DNA from: Pavona decussata
Taxonomy: Eukaryota
Assembly: GCA_977016875.1 (NCBI GenBank)
Contig: CDRNST010000144.1
Span: 2,852,001 to 2,916,000 of the forward strand
Length of the DNA stretch: 64,000 bases
Reading direction: 5' to 3'
Below, in pieces: positions 26,201 to 38,200 of the stretch; position 1 is the stretch's first letter; each line of letters opens with the position of its first letter. A program made the translations under genes and the position numbers. The notes under the pieces were generated by a model. The model was not told the DNA's origin and did not search any database. It saw only the letters and a program-made list of their open reading frames with translations.

Positions 26201-29200
26201 GGTGATTTTTTTCTTCACTTTTTTCGTTTGACCGAGAACGGTAGAGAACTGTGCCAAAATCTAAACGTAAGTGCAATTCTTTTGCCGGTTTGTTCACAAA
26301 ATCCTCTTCGTTTACGTCTTTCTTATTTGCTTTGCCTATTTGGCTGCTTGCACCGAAACGTTATTAGTTTAGCACTGGCGTGACATAAGATCGATTTTCA
26401 ATTGAGTTTTTTAAAACAAAAGCCAAAGTAGTTACTCTGGTTAGTCGCAACAGACGCGAAAATGTAACGAACCAATCAGAAATGAAAGCAAATACGTGTA
26501 GCCGGCTCGACGAGTCATGCTTGGATATATATATATTTTTTTTTTGCTTCCAATTTCTTTAGAGAGTGGCGCGTGTTTTGCTAACTAATCGCATATCACA
26601 GCATGGCAAAATCAAACCATGGCAACCTTGTGAGCACCAACCACCCAGCGCTAACGCGAAATTATTTTCGAGACTCAGTTGAAAACTGCTCTAAAATATC
26701 AATGGACATTTTACGCAGACTGTTACAATTTGTTACCTTCACAGGTCTTTTGATCATTTCCAAGTCTGTACCCGTCGTTCATGCATTCACACGAGTAACT
26801 GCCGGGGCTGTTTTTACAAACTTGGTTACATCCACCGTTATTTACATCGCATTCGTTATCATCTTGAAGGAATGAAACCAAAAGATGTTGATTAATGTGG
26901 CTTCTTGAACGAAAAAGAAACAACGTTGACCATGATCATTTCGTATGTTAAGAAATAAAATAGACTTTAGAGTTTTAATAATCGATATTTATTTAACAAA
27001 GCTTTTCACTTGATTACTTAATTATTATTATGTTTATTATTAGATATTAGAAAGGAGAATCCGTGAAAATATAATTCAATGCCAGTTAAACAAGAAGATA
27101 ACCTTCGCAGGGACAAGCTTGCTGAGAGAAGAAGCAAATAGCATTCGTTTCCTTTCCGAGCAGGGACCGAGGAGCGTTTTTCCAATCGGTGGAAAAGGGG
27201 GGAGGGGGGGGGGGGGGGGGAGGGGGCTACTTCACAGCCCCTTCTGTTTGAGGGACGTTGAGTTTCAGTGGCATGCTACCGCGGTAAACGTTTCAAAAGA
27301 TTGCATTCAGATGGCTGAAAATGCATATCAATAGGTTATTGAAGTGAACTGAACTATAAGAAGACGACAAACACAATGAACATGGCAGCAATTCAAATGA
27401 CAGATCTGACTCGGTTAATGTTTTTCCACGCGGTTTTCATTTCGTTGGGAAAACCCATTCGCCACATCGACAAGTCGAATCTTATATTGCCTTACGTGTG
27501 TGCTATATTGCCACATGATTAAACCTTTGTTAATTTATGTTTGCTCGCAACCATATTTTCACTCTTCCTTCCATCGAGAATGACTACCTTTCTCCGAGTT
27601 GCCCTTTTAGCTCTAACCATGCGTCTCTCGTGAACGGCACGCTTCTTTTAACCATTTTCAAAAAAATATCGGAAAAGCAGTTAATGGCGGCATCCTTTAA
27701 AAGTTTGAGTTGCGAATAACCAGTTTTTAAATCGTCAGGAGTAGTTCAGAAGCCTATCAAAATAATCTCCAAATTGAAATGTGCTCCAAAACTTTGTTGT
27801 TCAAAACGTTTTTGGATAGCTGACACATTAAATCTAGTGCCTCAACTAGATTCTTCGATATATTTCCTAAGGAGTCACAGGGAATGAAGATGTCCCAGTT
27901 CCAACCCCAAAACTTGATACTTAAGGTTCTGTGATGGAAGCTTGAATTTTTTTTTTTTTTTTTGCGCAGGACTGTTTGATAGAAAGTTGCAAAAAATGCA
28001 TCGTTGCTAATCGAGATGAGCACATCCTTCTTCATTTTGGCGTCACGTTGCCCACCAGCTTCTGACATGCTGACTTTCTGCAACGTCTCCGATAGTTTGT
28101 CTGTATGGGGAAACTTCTCTGACCCGGATTTAATCCAAAGAAAAAGTCAAACTTTTTTAGTTGCGCTTGGCACCTAACAATTCTACCTCGAATATCTGAT
28201 TCTAGTCTTGTTTCAAGGCAACCATTCTATAGTGTTAATTTTTGAAAACAGATCACTCGCGAGAATTTGATACATTTGGAATTTTCTCTCCACTCTTTGG
28301 AAGCGTTTGTTCGCTTCTCGCGCTTGTCTCCTTTTACATTCCATACTTTCACGAGCTTCCGCGCTCTCGACGAGGAAACAATTGCTACGCAAACTAGGGC
28401 GTTGAATACCTTTAGTCTTGTTTTAAAGTGTCAGGGTCTATATTAAGATTCGGGGTACTCATTGGAGAGATGCAATTATTAAGCTCCTTCAAGCAAGTTT
28501 TGCAAATCTTGCTGTGGAGGAAATGTCGACGAGCAAAAGTTTGTTCAAAGTTCATAGTGGTAAAAAATAACGCACGGAAGCAATAGAGCGTTCAATTTCA
28601 GTGGCATATCTACATTTGCACATATCGAGCAAGATACAGCGCTCAATTCTACAATTTTATACGGAGAGATTCAATAGAATTGTTGGATTACTTCTGCTAC
28701 CGTATTTTCAGGATATTCAATAAGAGAACTTATATTGAATTTCTTTACCTTTGCAGCTTTTTTTGTCAGGCTGTAGGGTGTATCCCTGGTTACAGCTACA
28801 GGTGTAACTGCCATTGTTGTTGTGACAGTTTTGATCGCATACACCCGGGTTGTCACACTCGTTGACATCTGCAGCATAATGCATAATAGGCAGTGTTAGT
28901 GACCAAGATGCCCTTGCCTATGTCTAAATGGTGGTACAGCATATTTTTGTGAGCCATGAATTTCGGTGTCAAATGTGCAATAGCTGATTTCTTCCTCGTA
29001 AAATGTGATTTTATGCAGTTTCCTCTGTTACTACAAGAGTTTAATATGTTGCGATTTTTTTTATTTCACGTAAAATGATAAATTGGATTTTATCTAAAGT
29101 GACCGAGTTTAACTCCATGACTCCTGTACTGTGTACCTTCCTTTTAATACCACCGTGTACAATGGCATGGATGTTTGCCATGTATGTATCTCTTTATGTT

Positions 29201-32200
29201 TCATGTTCCTTATCTGAAATTTCATGGCTGTTGGCAAAGTATTGCTTTGGGCGAGCTATGTTTTCTGGAAAGGGACACAAACAGAGAAACATCTCCCAGG
29301 AAAAATTTTGACCATGGATGTAGCCGTTTACCAAAATCAAGCACAGTAAGCTGGGAAAAACCAAATATGCCAAAAATTATAGAGACCTTCGGATTCTAGT
29401 ACGAGTGCGACTACGAATACCAGTACTAAGTACTAAGAACAGATATAAGCTATAAAAAGTGTCTTAATGGGGGAGAGGTACCAATAATTAAAAGAAAAAT
29501 CAAAACTTTTCGGGCTGATTNNNNNNNNNNNNNNNNNNNNNNNNNNNNNNNNNNNNNNNNNNNNNNNNNNNNNNNNNNNNNNNNNNNNNNNNNNNNNNNN
29601 NNNNNNNNNNNNNNNNNNNNNNNNNNNNNNNNNNNNNNNNNNNNNNNNNNNTCACCTTGTGGTACACTACACACCTACGCGACTCAAGATTTGCATTTGA
29701 AAAAAAAAAAAGAAATTGTAGTGATTCGCTCATGCAGATAAGTGTCGACGGTTTTGTGGCCAAGCCGAAATACCATATGTGGAAATAAGTGGTCTTCTAT
29801 GAAATATTGAAATTTGTTGCTCGAAGTGATATTTTTGAGCTTGTTTACCAAGCAAATATCTTGTTACGAATGTTTGGTTTTATCAACAGAGTTGGCCACA
29901 GTACACTGAGAAATTCGAGTGCTGACGTTTCGAGCGTCAACCCTTCGTCAGAGCGAATCTTGCCAGTTTGGCTTTGAAAACAAAAAGGAACAGCTAGTTT
30001 TACGGCCTAGCTTCCACATGTCCCCTGTTGCTTAGTGGTAGATATGTAGTTCTCTAAGGTTATAAATAACAACATTCTAATAATGCATCATCATTTACGT
30101 ATAGAGAGAATTGGTACATTCCATGCAGACATTACACCTATTGTTTTAACAACAAATAACCTAAACAATATGAATGAATCCGCAATACCTACCTATGCAA
30201 GTCTTTTTGTCCTGTGCTAATTGATATCCCGCTGGACAGGCTAAAATTAAAGCATACCAAGTTAATCGAATAAATAAATTGAGTTGTTGTTTGCTCATTC
30301 ATAACGTTGGCCATTCATAACATTTGCTTCCAGCCGCCCCCACCAATACCCATTCATTTGAAGCAGTCGGAGATGCCAGATAATTGGTAACAGAAAATAT
30401 GGGATAGTTGTGTCTGAAAAATGTTAATTCAACCCGGAAAAAAGAAAATTATATGCATTAGAAATACAATTGTTATGTTGTCTTTGTCTATTAAGCTATA
30501 TGAATGCACTCTATACTACCAAAACTACGCTAATTGCTTTTTGTTTGCACTGATGCTAAACTGAATAATACCCTACTATTGTAGTAAAAAAAAAGTCACA
30601 AAGTTTGCTGGCAAACGTCCCCGCCACGGTCTAGATATGGATAATTTGCTAGTGGCAATATGTATTTTATTTATTTAGTACCCTGGAAGTGTTAATATTA
30701 AGGAAATGCATATATGAGAATAAAGAAAGAAAACATACATACTTGGAACAGAGGTTGTTGGTGGTGCTGTTGTCTCTTTAAAAAATTTGAAGAAAAAGAG
30801 AGAAAAAATAAATTAATCAAATAGCAGTCTTCTGCTCATCTGGGTAAGGGGCAGTCGTGGGTTTGGTTTAAGGAAAAGTGTATAACAACAAATATATAAA
30901 CAAAAAATGCATATGCGGTTTGGTGATCTGCTGTATATTTGGGTCTGAAAAAAGAAGGGGAGAAAAAAACAAAGCAAATAGCGATAAAATGAAATAAAAT
31001 AGCAATCTGCTTCAACATTTAAATTTATTGGCAAATGGTTTTCGTTAAAGATCAGTAGTCTAAGAAGGTTGATTTTAAGAATGTGCATCTAAAACAAACA
31101 ACATAGCAAGGTCACGAAAAAAAGAAAACAAAAGAAAACAAAACAAACTCGACAGAAAATACATACGTTTTGTTGTGGTGGCTGGTGGTTGCGTTGGCTC
31201 TTTAAAATAAACAGGAAAGAAACGATGAGTAAAGCAAATGGCAATCTACCACTGGACGTAGCGAACGTAGATTTATCACTAACCTCCCTCTCTGCATCGC
31301 ATCATCTCTCTTTTAGGGCTTGATTTTATAAGTGCAGTAATTAACCTCTACCTTCATTTATTTGTTAAACCCTGTGGGACGTTAAAGAACCCGCAAACTA
31401 ATCGCAAAGAGTAGGGCATGGAGTTCCCAGTGTGCTGGTCTGGTCTTTGTGCTATTTCATGATTAGTAGTAATGTAAACCGCATTTGAATATATGCATAT
31501 AGAAAATGCGGTGGATAAATACCATTACCATTACCATTACCATTAAATAAGGACGATATTATCGATAAGAAAATAGTTTCACTATCTCAGGCCACTCTTT
31601 ATTTTGTCGTTAATGAATAATTGTCAGTTGCTAAACAAAAAACGGGGCGCTAAAAAATCTCACTACTTATTGTGATGAAGATTTACACCAATCAGTTGCA
31701 GTTTAAGAGAACAGCTACTCAAAAAGAACCTTGATGTTTTTTTTTTATTTTCGTCATATCTGTTACAAGAGAAATATTACTCCATTTATTAACAAAGGCA
31801 TTTTTTTAGAGGAGCAGGTATGGCGCCGAAGAAAGCACTTGCCTCCCACCAATGTGGTCCAGGTTCGATTCCCGGACTCGGCAATATGTGGGTTGAGTTT
31901 GTTGTGGGTTCTTGTCCTTGCTCCGAGAGGATTTTCTCCTGGTACTCCGGTTCTCCCCTCTCCTCAAAAACCAACATCTCCAAATTTCAATTCGATCTGG
32001 ATTATTGTCAAGCACTTTATCATGATCCCCTGGCTCGGGAGACTGCGCAAGCACTTCCCGCGTTATTGAAATTAAATTTGATTTATTTATTTGATGTTCC
32101 TCACACCCCTAAATATCTTCAATGCAACTTAATATAAAACCGGGTATTTTTCCATCCTCCTATCGCGATTCAAACTCTCATCCTAACAAAAGGTAAACTA

Positions 32201-35200
32201 ACTTACCTACACACTCGTAGAGCTCAACACGCATGCAAATATTGATCTTATACTCCACTGGAAAGATTCGGATGTACCTCGCAAACAGAGGTCCGCCGTT
32301 AGCAGATGTCAGATCATTGTACACAATGGAGTTCCTGTCCATGTTTCCTGTGAATTTCTGTGATTTGAAGTACGATTTAGAATAATAAATATTGAAACCG
32401 GGAGCGAAATAGGAAACGACAAAGGCAACAGTTAGGTCAACTTCGAAGGCAATTGCAGTGTCATGACAAATATGACAACAATGACTGTATGACGATTATG
32501 ATAACGATGACGACGAAACCTATCGTGATCATAGTGAGTGACAGTGGCAGTGTTAATGACATTAATGACAAAGACATCAACAGCAATAACAATAACAATA
32601 ACAATGATAACGATAATAGTGATGATAATGCGTTTTAAAAGAAGACGAAAATCTGGAAAACTCGAAAACTATCAAAAACTATGTACGAAAAAAATCTGCC
32701 TTTGTAAAATAAAATAAAAATGATGATAAGAAATGCTTTTTAAGCAAGTGCGTTTGAGGTCAAAGAGAAGTTAAACCAATAACAAAAATCCAAATAACTC
32801 AGTGTTCTGTTCTTGCTTGTACAGAATGTGTAAATACAATTACACAAATTGAATCCTTTAGCTCGAGATCGAGTTTGAATACATATTTAGAAATTGTGTT
32901 AGTAGCATCAAGACTCGATTCGAGCTAAGGTATTTGAGTAATTGTAGTTTCTCATGATCATTCCTTATATTCAGATTTAGTGGACACCATCTCTCGCATA
33001 ACACTGATCTGCTTAAAACACATTGTCCAGGTGTCACCTAAAATTCAGTCTTTATCGTTAGTTTTTATTTGTCTTCGCGTTGGTAAATCTCTGTTGAAAG
33101 CTAGTTAATAAGTTAGTTAGTTTCAAGAGCACACTTAACCCTGTATATACCCCGTTTTTGTTTCTTCTGGGGCTGGGGAGGGCGGGGGATGATTCCACCC
33201 CCACTCCATATAAAATCTATGGCAATGTGGCTTAAAGGAGAGATACTACGTCCAAAGATGTTTCCTTTGAGGTTTGAGAAGTGATAACGCCATATGACGT
33301 TGTAATGACATCATGATTGTCAAATGGCAGCCATCTTGGATCCGCTATGTTGGATTTCTGGATTTCCCCAAGTGCCGAAATTGAACGAAAAGTAAAAAAG
33401 AAACAATAAAGGAACATAATACATAATAAACACATAAAAGATACAGAAAGAAAGGCAACTGGTCTTCATTTTAAAAAGGGATTTTCCATTTTTTTTTGGA
33501 AAAATTACCTGCCAAAAAAGGCAATGGACAGTAACCGACGAAATCAAACTATTCGCAGATAAATTTCATTAAACTGGTACAGCATCTTATACTATTTTAA
33601 TATAATTTAAGGATTTAGATCTCCACACTAATAGGTAAGATAAGTGTTCCCAATCAGCAAACTGCGGTATTGCAGCAAGCTAGAATGACTGACACATTNN
33701 NNNNNNNNNNNNNNNNNNNNNNNNNNNNNNNNNNNNNNNNNNNNNNNNNNNNNNNNNNNNNNNNNNNNNNNNNNNNNNNNNNNNNNNNNNNNNNNNNNNN
33801 NNNNNNNNNNNNNNNNNNNNNNNNNNNNNNNNNNNNNNNNNNNNNNNNNNNNNNNNNNNNNNNNNNNNNNNNNNNNNNNNNNNNNNNNNNNNNNNNNNNN
33901 NNNNNNNNNNNNNNNNNNNNNNNNNNNNNNNNNNNNNNNNNNNNNNNNNNNNNNNNNNNNNNNNNNNNNNNNNNNNNNNNAAGAGCAAAACACTACAACT
34001 ACGCTTTTTATGTTCAGGAAGTCCTTCCACCCCAGTATCTCAAACCGACACTGGACACTTAATGAGTATTACACAATGTCGGATTCCTTATCGTCATATT
34101 TACCATTTATTAGTAAGAGAACTGAGTGAATGCTGCTGCTGCTTGGTAAGGAACACTATTTTGGGGCTTGGCACCAATCCAAAGTATTTCAGTTTAAGCA
34201 CTGATTTGAAAACGGTTAACTTTTACTTATTTTGATGGATAAGTCTATATAATTCAATCCTCGACAGCTAGTCCTCGTTGGTGTAGTGGTTTTGGGTTGG
34301 AAAAATAATGCAAACGACACGGGTTCAAGGCTTACATCATACTATTTTTCCTTCTTTTCCTCTCAAGTTTGAAATAAGTTTTACTTCAATCATGTAATTT
34401 TAAATGAATGCCCAAGATTGGTTGGTGAATGCCCAAGTGTTTACCCGGTCAGAGACTCAGACGAGAAATCGGGGGTAAATTTAAGATTACCCTATACCTT
34501 CAGAGGTGTCTCGCGCCCAAGCGATGTAACGCGTCTAGTTTAAACTGTAGATACCTGAACCCTTATATCAAATTAAAGCTTATAGAGCTGGCTATCAATC
34601 TAAACCAAGAATTTTGAAATAAAATGAATTGCCGAGTTTTTAGCGCTGATTTCTCGAATCAATTTTTTCACTTGGAGGAGCCACTTCAAAGAGCTAAAAC
34701 TCAAAAGGAATTTGTTCGTTTGCATTCAAATGTGGACAGTAGCTAGTTTAAGATATAAACAACAAAAACATGTCTGCGAATTTTTTCTTTCGAAATATTT
34801 TTGCTCCGAGAGCGATTTTTTTACGGTCACTCCACGTTTTTTTTCATCCTATTTCGAAAATACTCTATAACTTTTCATTGCAATTGAATATGGCAAAACG
34901 CAGACACGTTTTTTAGCACTTTGGGTCCGGAAACTAAGGGGCAAATTAAATTAGCAAGAAACAAAGTTCGCTTTGACTTGTAACTTTAAAAAGGTAATTC
35001 GGACGCTCGCATTTAGAGGTCGTGAAAATTCATTTTATTTCAAAATTCTTCGTATAGTTTGATAGCCAGCTCTATAGGCTTTAATTTGATATAGGGGTTT
35101 GTGCACCTACAGTTTAAACTGGACGCGCTACATCGCTTAAACGCGAGACACCTCTGAAGGTATAGGGTAACCTTAAAGAATTTGAATGAAGGTAAATCCA

Positions 35201-38200
35201 GTGGAAACAACCTCTTTTCTGAGTTATCAGGCATTCCTTTAGGCATTTCTTTGTATCGCCATATTAATATTTCTGTTTTTTTGTTTTCTCTTTTTTTCTT
35301 CTCTATATATACACAACAGAAAAGCACCCCAATGTAATGATAAGTCTGGGATTACGACATAGCTCAAAGTAACCCTTGCTACGGGTCTTATTACCTGCAT
35401 CTCCTATGTTCCCCGTAAAACAAAATTCAAGGGGCAAGGGGTATGGTGCAGAATTGGTTCAATTAATATATCGTGAAAAGTCAAATACATGTTACCAGGC
35501 AGCCATATTTTGTCTCGTGGAGTTTCAAAAACTCACTTATTTGACCTCAGATTTCTTTCACTGCAGCCGGCCCCATTTGCCCTCAATATGCTGCGCACAT
35601 GTTCCCAATCTTATGACCCAACATCACATGCATATCCTCTCAGAATGCATTCATTTTCAAAATCTCTCTCGATGTTTGAAATTGAATTTNNNNNNNNNNN
35701 NNNNNNNNNNNNNNNNNNNNNNNNNNNNNNNNNNNNNNNNNNNNNNNNNNNNNNNNNNNNNNNNNNNNNNNNNNNNNNNNNNNNNNNNNNNNNNNNNNNN
35801 NNNNNNNNNNNNNNNNNNNNNNNNNNNNNNNNNNNNNNNNNNNNAATCAACGTACCGTCGGTTGGATTCCAGTCTTTACTCCTGGGAAAATTCGACCATC
35901 TACGCTATAGGCTACAGTGTATGCCGAGACGTACTGGGCCGATTCTGATCTGTTACGACCTTGAGTACTAATTCCTCCAATTCTGCGCTCCGATCCCATA
36001 TCAATCTATAACAGTCACATTGCAAAAACATGTACAAAGAGTTGACAAAACAAAGTGATGAAATTAAATTCAATATAGTGTTGTGAAAACTAGAATATTA
36101 GATGGACGGTAAATTAAGTCAAGGGCGTACCTAAATGAGGTACTATTGCAAGTAGGATCACACGATCAAATTTTGTTGTAAAATAATTACTTATTGGCGA
36201 TAAAATACACGAGTATCAGAAATAGGGAATACCCAGCAATTATGAAGCCACTGAAGTTTAAGAAAATTTTGAAAAATCAAGAGGATTTGAATTGAAAATC
36301 TGATCGTGCTACAGATGAAAATTATTTCTGTGCTTAAAATGGCGTAGAGTTTAAAGTAGCAATAATCTAATTCTTTAGGTACTGAACAAACTGCTAAAAT
36401 AGAAATAAAAATTGATTAAACCTCCTCCCCCTCCAAAAAAAAAATAATAATAGAAAAGCAAAACCCAAAGAAACAACAACGACTAAAAACTAAAACAATA
36501 CAACAACAACTCACTCAGACATGTGTTATATAAAGCCGTCTATTTCTTACATGTTCATCTTACGTACAAGTTTAACAAGGAGACCACGTTCGATTTACAA
36601 AACTTAATATTTGACTGAAAATCGAATAATTTCTCGAGACAGCAATGTCAGGTTCAAAACGTCAGAGTCAAATTCAATGAAGTATCAGTTACGGGTATAA
36701 TTATAGATCAGTAATGTGAAAAATATATTTTTACGTAATTCTAAAAGTGGAGCTACACAATTCCATTTATAAAAGTATGCTTATCGTATGAACGTAATAA
36801 CCTTACAAATTCCTCATCCTCTCTGGAGTTATATATATTTTTAGTGCATATGCAGCAAACAGCTTACCAACAATAACGATTACAATGTTAACTGTTACAA
36901 AGGGGAGCATGGTAACCTCTTAAGCCTCTCTACCCCCCCACCTTGCTAAGAAAAAGATTTCAAAGGCCTCTGACGTGTAAGTTACCCACAACGGCAACCA
37001 ATTAAGGCAAAACCCCGCATGAATAATTTTTGTTTTATGATCAGAAATCGGCGGATGACATATGGCGTCAATTCAGAGAAGCAGGAACATCCAACATGAT
37101 GTTAGGATACGCGAGTTAAAAGCACCATCGTTAACCAGCAACGTGTTTTGTATCGCAAAAAAATGTGACGTGTGTGATGAGGGTTATGTCGGCTGTACGC
37201 GCCGATACCTCTACCAACAGGTTGAATAGGAGAAGAGATTATCCATTGGTAAACACCTGGAGCAAAAATACAACCTCGATTCAACACCCTTGATTGGAAG
37301 CACATTTCAATCCTGAGGAAATGTCAAACAAACTGAACAGCTTAAAAGGAACTTAAACCGATTTTTACCGGTAATACCTAGTCTGACTTTATCCGCGCAA
37401 AACTTTTCATACCGAGCAATGCTGTTCCAATCTTTATTCTTTACCTGAATTAAATTAATAAAACTTCACCGCATTTTTCACGCTGAATCTATAATTATAT
37501 CCATAATACTTCAACCCATTTTTCACACTAGATCTATTGACATTTTAAACTTGGCAATGCTGTCATGAGGACGACAAAACGATGTTCGCTACTAATTTTC
37601 GCTAGTTTTTTTAAACATTTTTCCAAACCTTTCCTAAAAAGAATTTCTCAAGGCTTTAGGTTTTGTCTAATTTATCACCTGTATAAAGCGATGCGTTACA
37701 TTGTCCGTTTTTTTTGCACACCACGCGCCAACTCCTTTAAGGGTAATTGGATTGCCAACATAATTATTCAGTCTTCCTTGCGCTGCAGCATGCCATCTGA
37801 AAGATTGAAATTCATGACATTCTAGGGCATTAGTAATAATTATTGTTCAGGAAGATCAACTTTGCTGTGAGGGGTATTCACAAGATACTACTTATGCTTA
37901 TGATTGGATGAAGATAATGCATTATATTTTTCTAGATAGACAAAAAAATGCTCGCAATTATTTACACAACTTAAGCATTTGCGAAAAGAAAGCCTGCAAA
38001 AAAAAATCTAATATTTCAACGGCAGTTCAAATATATGTTTTATATATATTTATACCAATACATTACATTTCTGTTTGCATGAAGCGCGCACAGTGATTGA
38101 TCTATTTATACTTGTGAGATTATTTGAACATATATAACTTTTTTAATATCGATCTCGGCAAGCCTACTCAAACTTTACGAGGTCAAAGAAATTTATTTAG

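Noticed and set aside
34271-34340. tRNA-like A box TGGTGTAGTGG and partial B box GGTTCAAGGC
   Set aside because: No cloverleaf can be drawn; at most a decayed SINE head
34429-35327. Two similar ORFs on opposite strands ([21 protein letters not shown])
   Set aside because: Mirror translations of MITE TIRs, not paralogous genes
35527-35640. Segment ending in a GTGAGT donor on the minus strand in intron 4
   Set aside because: Weak acceptor, no domain motif; the discoidin domain is complete without it
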